From the NCBI GenBank assembly GCA_030606485.1, contig JAUWGH010000001.1, positions 540,001 through 572,000 of the forward strand: a stretch of DNA of 32,000 nt. The letters run 5' to 3'. Source of the DNA: Promethearchaeota archaeon. GTDB taxonomy: Archaea > Asgardarchaeota > Lokiarchaeia > Sigyniarchaeales > SOKP01. This document shows positions 21,412-31,248 of this stretch, piece by piece (within the stretch, counting starts at the first letter, position 1; each line of letters opens with the position of its first letter). The position numbers and the translations under genes are program-made. The notes under the pieces are model-generated. The model was not told the DNA's origin. It ran no database searches and saw only the letters and a list, made by a program, of their open reading frames with translations.

Positions 21412-23283
21412 TTAACATTGTTTTAATATCAATTTAATAATTTTTTCAGTCGAAGGCTCATTTTCATCATAAAAATTGAATAAATGGGAGCTCTTCATAA
21501 TTTCTTTAGAATAATTTTTATAGAATTCCTTATTAGTGATCAATTCTTTCATTAGTTTTTTCAGTGATTCGAGTGACTTTGCAATTTTTATAAACTTCTC
21601 ATCGCTAAAGGAATATCTTCCTGTATACTGAAATCCTCTATTTAGAAAATCTAATAAAATAACTGGAATCCCTATTATCATTGCCTCTAAAATTGTAGTA
21701 GATAAGGTAGTTAATAATAGATCGCATGATTTAATTAATTCTAAAATATTAACATCTCTCACAATTATTGCATTTGAATTTAAGTCTTGTACAATTTTTT
21801 TATGAAGAATTCCATCTTCTCTTGGATGAAGCTTTATAATTAAATTTTTATCAAGATTTAACTCTTTTAAAGAATAAATAATTGTAGTAATTATCCTTGT
21901 AAGAAATTTTCTCCCAATAGGACTTGATGTGAATAATATTTTAAATTTATCTTTTTCAAATTTATATTTTGAGTTATTAAACATATCATTAATTTTATAT
22001 AATTGTTTTATTTCACCTTTATAGAAATTATCATAACGTGGATATCCTGTAATTTTGATCTTATCCTTTGGTTCCCCTTTTTTTTTATAATACTCTAAAC
22101 CAGACTCCCCTCCTACTATAATATAAGTAAAATCCCTCTTGCAAATAAATTCATCATAAATAGGGGTTCCGGCATGAGGAACATAAATAATCGGAATATT
22201 ATTCATCTTACAAATTTTAGCATATCCCTTACCCTCTATTTTCATTTCATCAGCTGAAACAACAAAATTTGGAGAGTTTACTTTAATAATTTGATTAAAA
22301 TGAATAAAATTGTTAAAAATCTCGATTAAAATATAAAACAGCTTCATATCGTAAAAATTTTTCATAAAAAATTTTAGAGTAAATCCATTGTAATTCAAAT
22401 TTTTTAATATTTTATCTTCATTATCCTTCCAAATTCTTCTTTTCTGGATTAAAAATTTTACTTCTTTATTCAAATGTTTTTTTGGGAAAAAATTTTTATT
22501 AGAATAATAAAAGGCATTAACAGATTTATATTGTTTTAATTTTAGATATATTGGATTTATGCTATTGAAGTGATTTTTAGTATTTGCAATAAACATAATA
22601 TTTTTTTTTCCATTTTTCCTAAAGACATCCTCGTTTGGAAATTTTTTATTAATATAAATTTTAATAGAACCAGCTAATCGAGTAAGAAAGTAAGTAAAAA
22701 AATTTAGAAAAATTAAAAATTTTGAAAGTCTCTTTCTTAAAGGATCTCGATACATCTCGATCTTAATACAGTCGAGGTTTAATAAGTGAAGGATTTCTAA
22801 AGAGCTTTTAGAATAGTTAAATAAAATAATTTTATCATAATTACTATTATGAATAAGTAATCTTAATAATTCAATCTTACCTAAAATGGTTTTAAAATAT
22901 TCAGTCATATTTAGTTCTAATAAATTACCAATAGAAATACCTTGAAAATGAAATGTCCTTAAATTATTTAGATTATTAATAAACTTGATAAAAAGTTCTT
23001 TAGTTTTATTTTTGATCTTATTTTTTAATTTTAAAAATTCAGTCCTGTCAAGGTCGATTCTAAAATCTGAAAGATAATTAATTAAAATATTTTCTTTAAT
23101 CTCAAATTTTTCTTGCGTATCAATTATAAACTCGATTTTTATATCTTTACCATATGTTTTTCTTAATTTATTAATATGGGTTTTTAATTTGAATTTTTTA
23201 TGCTTTAATAAAAGTTTAATTATGAATTTGGGCAGATGTGAATAAAATGGGCTGAAAAAATTATCTATAATTAATATTTGCAT
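21412..23283 (-). CDS. Large GT-B protein, candidate CMP-nonulosonate transferase
   Basis: 623 aa; [44 protein letters not shown]. Paralog of 13500-15347. Confidence 0.6.
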   Translation of the reverse strand: MQILIIDNFFSPFYSHLPKFIIKLLLKHKKFKLKTHINKLRKTYGKDIKIEFIIDTQEKFEIKENILINYLSDFRIDLDRTEFLKLKNKIKNKTKELFIKFINNLNNLRTFHFQGISIGNLLELNMTEYFKTILGKIELLRLLIHNSNYDKIILFNYSKSSLEILHLLNLDCIKIEMYRDPLRKRLSKFLIFLNFFTYFLTRLAGSIKIYINKKFPNEDVFRKNGKKNIMFIANTKNHFNSINPIYLKLKQYKSVNAFYYSNKNFFPKKHLNKEVKFLIQKRRIWKDNEDKILKNLNYNGFTLKFFMKNFYDMKLFYILIEIFNNFIHFNQIIKVNSPNFVVSADEMKIEGKGYAKICKMNNIPIIYVPHAGTPIYDEFICKRDFTYIIVGGESGLEYYKKKGEPKDKIKITGYPRYDNFYKGEIKQLYKINDMFNNSKYKFEKDKFKILFTSSPIGRKFLTRIITTIIYSLKELNLDKNLIIKLHPREDGILHKKIVQDLNSNAIIVRDVNILELIKSCDLLLTTLSTTILEAMIIGIPVILLDFLNRGFQYTGRYSFSDEKFIKIAKSLESLKKLMKELITNKEFYKNYSKEIMKSSHLFNFYDENEPSTEKIIKLILKQC

Positions 23284-23301
23284 TATAAATCTTTGATTAA
23301 A

Positions 23302-23559
23302 TTAATTAAAATCATCATATATTAAATTATATTTTTTTTATATCTTTTTTAACTACATTACCTTCAATTTCTTTAAATTTAACAGGTGATTCCCTAGGTC
23401 ATTCCAAACAAATATAACCTTTTCATGAATAATTTTATCACCTTAAGAAATATCAATTTTTGCGACAATAATTTTTTTACAATATATACGATAATTTAAT
23501 TCTCTTTCCATTAACTCTCTAATCTTATTGCTACCGTTTGTGTTTTCGCTTTCTCTCAA
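23302..23559 (-). pseudogene. 3' relic of a divergent NeuB (SAF-domain region)
   Basis: LRESENTNGSNKIRELMERELNYRIYCKKIIVAKIDIS*GDKIIHEKVIFVWNDLG/SPVKFKEIEGNVVKKDI/KKYNLIYDDFN* aligns with the 17389 and 27070 C-termini. One internal stop and two frameshifts. Confidence 0.85.
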
Positions 23560-23992
23560 TTATTTATTTATTTCTAGATAGATTTGATGGTATTCAGTAT
23601 ATCTCACATACCAAGCTGTATCAATGTCAATTACTATATTAAAAAAATTATCATCAAAAGGTATTTCTCTCATGTCAGCGATTAAAAAACATTTTTTAAA
23701 ATCGTTAAGTATTATAATTTCTTCTTCCAATCTTCTATCAAATTTCATAATTCTTGATTTTGCAATATCAATTCCATGTACATCGAATCCCTCTCGAATT
23801 AAAAACCAGGAATTTGCACCGTGTCTAATTCTTAAATCAAAAATTTTGATTTGTTTTCTTTCATTAAGTTGTAATCTGAAAAAATTTCTTTCAATGAACC
23901 TTACTAATTTTTCATTAGGATATCTCCCCCACGATCTTGAGGATTGGATTTGTTTCCATTGGTGTTCGTTAGAATTGGTTACTTTTTATCAC
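23560..23992 (-). pseudogene. 5' part of a class I SAM methyltransferase, truncated and degraded
   Basis: Open frame 23985-23560: WGRYPNEKLVRFIERNF...KIFDLRIRHGANSWFLIREGFDVHGIDI...ADMREIPFDDNFFNIVID. The Gly-rich SAM motif reads DLRIRHG; the GTG at 23992 is off-frame by one A. Confidence 0.8.
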
Positions 23993-24322
23993 TTATTTAT
24001 TCAGTTTTATTTCAATTATTTTATTATGTTCATAATTTTAATTAAAATATTTTAATTTTTTTACTTAATTTTTTTTTAATATCGATTATTGAGATTTTAC
24101 TAATAATTTTATTGATTTCATAAGGTTTTAATGTTCCATTTGCTCGTTTAATTACAAATTATAGATCAAAGATATAATCTTGATGATATGAATATTATTT
24201 TAGATAAGGTCAAAACTGTTGTATAAAATTTTTTTAAGGGATTATATGTTTTTATAATTAAGTTAAATATGTCCGAATAATTAAAGAAGATAATTTTATT
24301 TATTCTGTGAAGTGAAAATATT

Positions 24323-25369
24323 TTGGATTTCTCATCTTTTTTTGAGGATAAGGTTATTTTAGTAACTGGTGGAACAGGTTCAATTGGTTCTGAAATTGTG
24401 GCAAAATTGCTAAATTACAATCCAAATACTATTCGTATATTAACCAATTCAGAAAATGAATTGTGGGAAACAAAACTAAGATTTAAAAAATTTAGTGAAA
24501 AACTTCGATTTCTTTTAGGAGATATTAGAAATTTTGAAAGGATGAAACGGGCTACAAAAGAGGTTGATTTTGTTTTTAATGCAGCTGCGATAAAACATGT
24601 CCCTTTTAGTGAATATAATCCAATAGAAGCGACTAATGTAAATATCTTCGGTTTAGAAAATATTATAGAAAGTTGTTTTATTAATCGTGTTAAAAAATTA
24701 GTTCATATTTCTACAGATAAAGCTGTTAATCCAACCACTGTGATGGGTGCAACTAAAATGCTTGGAGAGCGTTTATGTATTTCACGAGATTTTGCTAAGG
24801 GAGCCTCACCAACTAATATCGCTTGTGTTCGATTTGGGAATGTGCTTGGGTCTAGAGGTTCGATCATTCCTTTAATTAAAAATCAAATTAAAACAGGCGA
24901 TATAGTTACCTTAACAGATGAAAAAATGAATAGATTTTTCGTGTCAATTTCTCAAGCTGCTGAATTAATTTTGCAAGCAATGGTTCTGGCAAAAGGAGGA
25001 GAAATTTTTGTATTAAAAATGCCAACTATACATATTAAAGATTTAATAGAAATAATAATTGAAGAATATGCCCCAAAAATTGGAAAGAATCCCAATTCAA
25101 TAAAGATTAAAGTTGTTGGACCTCGTTTGGGGGAAAAAACCGACGAGTATCTAATCTCGAGTATTGAGTTCTTCTCATGTTATGAAATGGCTGATATGTA
25201 TATCATCTATCCAATGTTAAATTTTGGGGGAAATATACAAGCTAGAGAGATCATTAGGAATAGTAAAGCTGTCAAAATTGATGAAAACTTTAAATATTGC
25301 ACAGAAAATGGAAAACCTTTAAGTAAATCAGAAATAAAAGAAACTCTTAGAAAATTCAACTTAATTTAA
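24323..25369 (+). CDS. UDP-N-acetylglucosamine 4,6-dehydratase family (CapD/PseB/FnlA-type, soluble)
   Basis: ILVTGGTGSIG, AAAIKHVP, STDKAVNP, MGATK, VRFGNVLGSRGS; TTG start. Confidence 0.93.
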   Translation: MDFSSFFEDKVILVTGGTGSIGSEIVAKLLNYNPNTIRILTNSENELWETKLRFKKFSEKLRFLLGDIRNFERMKRATKEVDFVFNAAAIKHVPFSEYNPIEATNVNIFGLENIIESCFINRVKKLVHISTDKAVNPTTVMGATKMLGERLCISRDFAKGASPTNIACVRFGNVLGSRGSIIPLIKNQIKTGDIVTLTDEKMNRFFVSISQAAELILQAMVLAKGGEIFVLKMPTIHIKDLIEIIIEEYAPKIGKNPNSIKIKVVGPRLGEKTDEYLISSIEFFSCYEMADMYIIYPMLNFGGNIQAREIIRNSKAVKIDENFKYCTENGKPLSKSEIKETLRKFNLI

Positions 25370-25386
25370 TTCATGTGTGATTCTTA

Positions 25387-26523
25387 ATGGCAAAAAAATA
25401 TCCACTTTTTGATATCTATTGGGATAAAGAAGATATTCAAATGGTTACACATATTATTAAAAGAGGTTCTTATTGGGCAGCTGGTCCAGAAATACAAGAA
25501 TTTGAAAAAAAACTTTCAAAATATTTTAATACAAAATATGTTGTAACGTTTAATTCAGGGACTTCTGCTCTGTATTCTGTACTTTTAGCTTATGAAATAA
25601 CTTCAGGTGAGGTAATCGTCCCTTCAATGTCCTTTATTTCTACTGCCAACGCTGTTATTTTAGCAGGAGCAAAACCTGTTTTTGCTGAAATCGAAAAGGA
25701 AACAATTGGCTTAGATCCAGAAGATGTGAAGAAAAAAATTACTGATAAAACTAAAGCTATTATTCCAATGCATTATGGAGGTAAAGTTTGCAAAAATATT
25801 GAGGTTTTGCGTGAAATCGCTGATGAACATGGATTAATCCTTATCGAAGATAATGCAGAAAGTTTTGGAGCAAAAATTAATGATAAATTTGCAGGAACTA
25901 TTGGACATGCTGGTATGCTTAGTTTTTGTCAAAATAAAATTATAACAACGGGAGAGGGTGGTGCTATTTGCACAAATGATGAGAAAATCTATGAAAAACT
26001 ACTTTTAATTAGATCTCATGGTCGTGTTGAAAAACCCGGAACTGATTATTTTTCAAATATCAATGTTTCAGATTATATTCAAGTGGGATATAATTATAGA
26101 ATGCCTACAATGTGTGCTGCCTTAGGTATTTCTCAATTAAAAAAGATTGAAAAAATTATAGAATTAAGGAGAAAACGAGGTAAATATTATGATGAAAATC
26201 TCAAAGAAATACCTAAAATTGACATCATTCCAGAATTAATTGGAAGTAGAACAGTATATCAGTTATATAGTATTTTATTGAAAAATCTTGAGAAAAGGTC
26301 TAAATTACAAAATTATCTCTTAAAGAATGGGATATTTACTAAAATTTATTTCGAACCCATTCATTTGAAGACATTTTATAGAAAAAAATTTGGATATCAT
26401 GAAGGGAATCTTCCAATAACTGAGAGTCTCTCAAGCAGAATCTTAACTCTCCCATTTTCATTGCTATTTAAAGATGAAGATCAGGATTATATCATAAATA
26501 CAATAAAAAATTTCTTTAATTGA
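25387..26523 (+). CDS. DegT/DnrJ/EryC1/StrS sugar aminotransferase
   Basis: NSGTSAL, IEDNAES, SFCQNKIITTGEGG, GYNYRM; follows the dehydratase. Confidence 0.93.
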   Translation: MAKKYPLFDIYWDKEDIQMVTHIIKRGSYWAAGPEIQEFEKKLSKYFNTKYVVTFNSGTSALYSVLLAYEITSGEVIVPSMSFISTANAVILAGAKPVFAEIEKETIGLDPEDVKKKITDKTKAIIPMHYGGKVCKNIEVLREIADEHGLILIEDNAESFGAKINDKFAGTIGHAGMLSFCQNKIITTGEGGAICTNDEKIYEKLLLIRSHGRVEKPGTDYFSNINVSDYIQVGYNYRMPTMCAALGISQLKKIEKIIELRRKRGKYYDENLKEIPKIDIIPELIGSRTVYQLYSILLKNLEKRSKLQNYLLKNGIFTKIYFEPIHLKTFYRKKFGYHEGNLPITESLSSRILTLPFSLLFKDEDQDYIINTIKNFFN

Positions 26524-26564
26524 TTTAAACCAAGTTCATAATGAACCCTCTTTGTCAATTTCTT

Positions 26565-27065
26565 CTATTTCTTTTTCCTCTTAAAATAATAATTTTTTAA
26601 CAATATTACCTATAAACCATTCTAACCGAAAATATAGATGTATTTTTCCCAAATAATTCTTAAAATCTCAATAACAACTAATAAAACTATGAATTACATA
26701 AGTTTTATATAAACAGGAAAACTGCTCTTAAAATCTTTATTAAAAAATGTAGAAAATAAAAATATTCCCACATTCATAATTCTGAAATGTACATAATATA
26801 GGGAAAATGAAAGTTCAACCCAATTTTCAAGAGAATTGATCATAATTGGTGTTTTAGCCTCTTTATCAAATAGATATCGAGAAAGAATAAGTATAATTAA
26901 TAATCATTCGATTATAGTATCAAATTTAAGTTCAGGAATCTTAAAATTATGAAGCAATAAAAAAAAATTCATGCCCAAAATAAGTAATAAGATTCCAATT
27001 ACTAACAAAGATATAAATAAATATTGGTCTTCATTTAATATTATTGAGATATGAGAGGAGTTGTA
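26565..27065 (-). pseudogene. Relic of a multi-pass membrane protein (possibly acyltransferase/DUF1624/DUF418-like C-terminus)
   Basis: One frame stays hydrophobic and protein-like across three stops: ...LVIGILLLILG...IIE*LLIILILS...ELSFSLYYVHF...KLM*FIVFISCY*DFKNYLG...RLEWFIG...KRKKK*. Family assignment is weak. Confidence 0.5.
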
Positions 27066-27069
27066 AGAT

Positions 27070-28095
27070 ATGATAAAACCTATTAAAATTAAAGAAAAAG
27101 TCATTGGAGAGACATATCCTACATTTTTGATTGCCGAAATGGCATGTGCACATCAAGGAGATGTTAAACAAGCGTGTGAATTAGTTGATGTTGCGGCTAG
27201 AGCAAAAGCAGATGCAATTCAAATTCAAGTGTATAAAAAAGAAATATATATGAATCCCCTTTATGAAAGTTATGATTTAATCACTCGGTTAGAATTATCT
27301 CAAAATGAGTGGCTAAAAGTAATTAATAAAATTAAAAAGAAGAATATGTTATTCTTTGCTGCCGGTTATGATATATATAGCATAAAATTTTTAATTGAAA
27401 ATGGCGTTGACGCATTTAAAATCCATTCTGCCGATATATCTAATCCTGAAGTTTTAAAAGAAGTTGCTAAACCAAGGAAACCTATATTTTTAAGTTGTGG
27501 TGCTTCAAAAGTAGATGAAATTAAAAAAGCAATTGATTTTTTGAGAAAAAACGGAGTAGATGATGTCATATTAATGCATGGATATCAAGGATTTCCAACA
27601 AAGATAGAAGATAATCATTTAAATTATATAAAAACCTTAAGACGGTTGTTTGGTTTAAATGTAGGCTATTATGATCATGTAGATGGAGGTTCTATTTTAG
27701 CAAAAATAATTCCCATTATGGCTATAGGTTATGGAGCTCAGGCTATTGAGAAACACTTCATATTATCTAGAGAAAATAAAGGTATTGATTAGGAATCGTC
27801 TTTAGATAAGGAAAATTTCATAGAATTTTGTTCGCTTTTAAGGGAATGTGAAAAAGCAATAGGGACAAAAGAAGTAAGAAGCCTTACTGAAGGGGAATTA
27901 AACTATCGGGCATACGCTAAAAAAAGCATCGTTGCGTGTGTTGAAATCCCAAAAGGAACTAAGATCACTCGAGATAAAGTTATGTTTGTTAGAAGCGATC
28001 CGGGCATTCCACCTGATAAATTTCAAGAAATTGAAGGAAAAACGGCAAAAAAAGACATTAAACGATATCACAATATCACATATGACGCTTTTTAA
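27070..28095 (+). pseudogene. Divergent NeuB paralog interrupted by a single in-frame TAG
   Basis: GID*ESSLDKENF...YRAYAKKSIVA...RSDPGIPPDKF...YHNITYDAF* stays in frame to TAA 28093-28095 (342 codons). TAG 27790-27792 replaces the Tyr of paralog GIDYES. Confidence 0.88.
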
Positions 28096-28168
28096 AATCG
28101 AACTGAATCATTTTAAGGATTGAAAACTTCTATTTATTGATAAAAAATTTGAAAAAATATTAATATCT

Positions 28169-29392
28169 ATGATTAATAATCTAAAATCAATGTTTTCGTC
28201 AATAAAATTTATCTCAAAAAAGATATTCTCCCGAATATCACTAAAACATTTTATTAGTGATGTTTACTTTAGTTTTTTGAGTTATTTTCGCCGATATTTG
28301 CAAAGAAGAATGGTTGCTGAGAAGAAATTCATCAGAAGTATTTTTGATTATTTTTCAGATAAATTGGATGAGATTGAATATAAAAAATTAGCACCCAGAA
28401 GGCACATACTATTTAATGAAGAAGAAAAGCAATTTTTAGATCTTAATATAAAATGCTCAAAAAGAATAAAAAGGAATAAAGAAAAGGGTTATATTCAAAA
28501 AGAAGTATTCTCTTGTAAATTCAAAAATATAAAATTTTTTGGTCATTCTGGAGGTTTTACCTTCGGAAAAAAGCCCTTATTAGAATCTACTGCTACATTA
28601 AATCGCTTACGCAACTATACATTTACGGTAAATACTCCTCTCTTGGTACATAAACGGATGAAAGGTGTATTTACTTCTCTAATGCATATTGAAAATCATA
28701 TCTATTATCATTTTTTATTTGAAGGCATTCCAAGGTTTTATGGTATTTTACAAATTGAGGAACCAGAAATAAATCTAATAATTCCTGAGAATACTCCTAA
28801 ATGGCAAATTGAAATATTTAAAATTTTTTTAGATAAGAGATTTAAACTTTTACATATAAAAAAAAATGAAGTTTGGGAATTAGAAAATTATTACTTTCCT
28901 TCTTTTTGGCATGTTGATTGCTCAGCTTACATTCCCCGTGAATTATTAAATTTCTTTAGAAATAAGATATTTGAGTATTATAAGATTGACACAAACATAA
29001 AAAGAAACAGAAGGCTAATCCTAAGCAGAGAAAAAGTTAAGCGTAGGCATATTTTAAATAGAAAACAATTTTTAAATTTATTAAAAAAATATAATTTTGA
29101 AAATGTCCATCCACAAGATATGACCTTTAAAGAACAAGTGGAACTATTTAATTCTGCCGAAATTGTAATTGGAATGGAGGGATCTGCTTTTGTTAATGTT
29201 GTTTTTGGTACTAATCTTAAAGTAGTGGTGATCTTTCCATCAAATTATATTACAACTCATTGGATGCTTTCTTCCAAATCATTAAATTTTACTTATAGAT
29301 ATACAATAGGCTACAACTCGACTCCAAAGTTTGACTGCAAGGTAGATTTAGATGAGGTTGAGAAGATTGTAAAAGAATTATTAGAAAATTAG
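28169..29392 (+). CDS. GT61 / DUF563 glycosyltransferase
   Basis: IYYHFLFEGIPR, LILSRE...RRHILN, TFKEQVELFNSAEIVIGMEGSAFVNVVF. Confidence 0.85.
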   Translation: MINNLKSMFSSIKFISKKIFSRISLKHFISDVYFSFLSYFRRYLQRRMVAEKKFIRSIFDYFSDKLDEIEYKKLAPRRHILFNEEEKQFLDLNIKCSKRIKRNKEKGYIQKEVFSCKFKNIKFFGHSGGFTFGKKPLLESTATLNRLRNYTFTVNTPLLVHKRMKGVFTSLMHIENHIYYHFLFEGIPRFYGILQIEEPEINLIIPENTPKWQIEIFKIFLDKRFKLLHIKKNEVWELENYYFPSFWHVDCSAYIPRELLNFFRNKIFEYYKIDTNIKRNRRLILSREKVKRRHILNRKQFLNLLKKYNFENVHPQDMTFKEQVELFNSAEIVIGMEGSAFVNVVFGTNLKVVVIFPSNYITTHWMLSSKSLNFTYRYTIGYNSTPKFDCKVDLDEVEKIVKELLEN

Positions 29393-29394
29393 AT

Positions 29395-30147
29395 TTATAA
29401 TTTTTTATATACATATAAATATTTGCCATCTTCATTAGTCGGTCCCCACATGTGCTTTTTTATAATTCTCTCAAAACCAATATCTTGAATTATACCATCA
29501 AACTTACCCGCATACTTCTGATTATATTCAAGAGCTAATTTGTATCCTTTAAACCTTGCTGTAAAAAATAATAGCCCATTCTCATTTAATATTTGATATA
29601 TTTTTTGAATAACCTTAATTGGGTCAGGAGTGTGCATTACGACCTCAAAACAAGTCACAGCATCATACTTTTCAGGAAGTTTTTCATCAGAAGTAAGTTC
29701 AATGGAGGTGATATTTAGGTTTCTCTTTTTAAATCTCCATTTCGCAAATTCAAAAGTTTTTCCGGGAAGATCATATGCTATAGCGCGAAGTCCTGCTTCC
29801 GCAGCTTCAATACTATCTTGGCCAATTCCACAACCATAATCAAGAACGGTTTTAACATTATGCTCTTTCATTATCTCAATACAATGTTTTCGCATTTTAG
29901 ATTTTACTTCAGTGGCATGATACTCCATCAACTCAAAGATATAATTTTTGGTATTAGCATAGAAATCTCTCAGTTGACTGGGATTTCTTATATTTTGAAT
30001 AAATTCTTCAAATTCTTCTTCAGTTACATGAGACCATTTATTATATCCTTCGTACTTCTTTGATATTTCCTCATACTTTTCCTTTAATTTATTAATATCT
30101 ATTTGTAAATATTCAGAAATTTCTTGAAATGCTTGATTTAGGTTCAA
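29395..30147 (-). CDS. Class I SAM-dependent methyltransferase
   Basis: VLDYGCGIG, YDLP, YDAVTCFEVVMH, LNENG; TTG start. Confidence 0.9.
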   Translation of the reverse strand: MNLNQAFQEISEYLQIDINKLKEKYEEISKKYEGYNKWSHVTEEEFEEFIQNIRNPSQLRDFYANTKNYIFELMEYHATEVKSKMRKHCIEIMKEHNVKTVLDYGCGIGQDSIEAAEAGLRAIAYDLPGKTFEFAKWRFKKRNLNITSIELTSDEKLPEKYDAVTCFEVVMHTPDPIKVIQKIYQILNENGLLFFTARFKGYKLALEYNQKYAGKFDGIIQDIGFERIIKKHMWGPTNEDGKYLYVYKKL

Positions 30148-30150
30148 AAA

Positions 30151-31248
30151 TTATCTCACCAGTATTTTTTTTATCACATCTGAAATTTTTATTAATTCTT
30201 CCTCGGAAATCCATGGATGCATCGGTAAGGAAAGAATTTCATTACATATTTTTTCCGTAATTGGTAATCTATTAGTTTTTGTATAGTTAGAATACGCTTT
30301 TGATAGATGCACTGGAATTGGATAATGGATATAATTCTGGATTTCATTCTTATCAAAAGATTCTTTCAAATAATCTCTTTTTTTAGATCTAATTACATAT
30401 AGGTGATATATGTGTTTAGAATACTCTTTCTCAATTGGGGTAATTATATCCGTTTTTTCTAATAATTGATTATATTTTTGCGCGTGTTCTCTCCTCTTTT
30501 TATTCCAATTGTCGAGATATTTTAATTTTACTCTGAGAATCGCTGCTTGTAATTCATCTAATCTACTATTAATTCCAATAAAATCATGATAATATCTTTT
30601 TCTTTGTCCATAATTTCTAAATTGCTTTAATTTTATCGCTAGTTCCTCATTATCAGTAATTAACATTCCAGCATCCCCATAAGCCCCTAAATTTTTCGAA
30701 GGATAGAAACTGAAACATCCAATATCGCCAATTCCCCCAACTTTTTTTCCTTTATATTCTGTACCGTGAGCTTGACAAGCGTCTTCAATTACAATTATTT
30801 TATTTTTCTCTGAAATTTCCATAATTGGATCCATATTTGCACTATTTCCATATAAATGAACCAACATAATTGCTTTAGTTTTATTTGTAATCTTTTCTTC
30901 AATCTTGGAAGTATCAATATTGTATGTATCTTCTTCGATATCAACAAAAATCGGTGTTGCTCCACATCTAGCAATTGCATCTACTGTAGATGTCATTGTA
31001 TGAGATACAGTAATTACCTCATCACCTCTACCAATGTCGTTTGCTAAGACTGCTAGAAGAAGCGCATCAGATCCAGAATTAACACCAATACCGAATTTTG
31101 CTCCAATATAGTCAGAAAATTCCTTTTCGAAATATTCCAATTCTTCTCCAAAAATAAACCATTGCCTTTCTAATACTCGTTCTAGCGCTTCTTGAATTTC
31201 TTCTTTAATCTTCTCGTAGCCTTTTTTGAAATCTACAAATAATATCAA
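30151..31248 (-). CDS. DegT/DnrJ sugar aminotransferase (FdtB/QdtB-like)
   Basis: [43 protein letters not shown]; TTG start; divergent from an fdtA-like gene. Confidence 0.93.
   Translation of the reverse strand: MILFVDFKKGYEKIKEEIQEALERVLERQWFIFGEELEYFEKEFSDYIGAKFGIGVNSGSDALLLAVLANDIGRGDEVITVSHTMTSTVDAIARCGATPIFVDIEEDTYNIDTSKIEEKITNKTKAIMLVHLYGNSANMDPIMEISEKNKIIVIEDACQAHGTEYKGKKVGGIGDIGCFSFYPSKNLGAYGDAGMLITDNEELAIKLKQFRNYGQRKRYYHDFIGINSRLDELQAAILRVKLKYLDNWNKKRREHAQKYNQLLEKTDIITPIEKEYSKHIYHLYVIRSKKRDYLKESFDKNEIQNYIHYPIPVHLSKAYSNYTKTNRLPITEKICNEILSLPMHPWISEEELIKISDVIKKILVR

Noticed and set aside
23624-24055. 143 aa plus-strand ORF
   Set aside because: Antisense to the methyltransferase relic, which carries the recognisable motifs.
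12313-27792. Alternative genetic code (TGA=Trp, TAG=Tyr/Pyl) suggested by in-frame stops at Trp- and Tyr-like positions
   Set aside because: TGA ends normal-length genes at 7443, 15474 and 26521-26523, and TAG ends genes at 16061 and 29390-29392. Trp is TGG elsewhere, and the TGA-containing gene also has a frameshift.
27366-31047. ORFs 27366-27569, 27932-28123, 29630-29839, 29818-30063, 30795-30980, 30856-31047
   Set aside because: Shadows or off-frame readings; 27932-28123 overlaps the true neuB tail in another frame.
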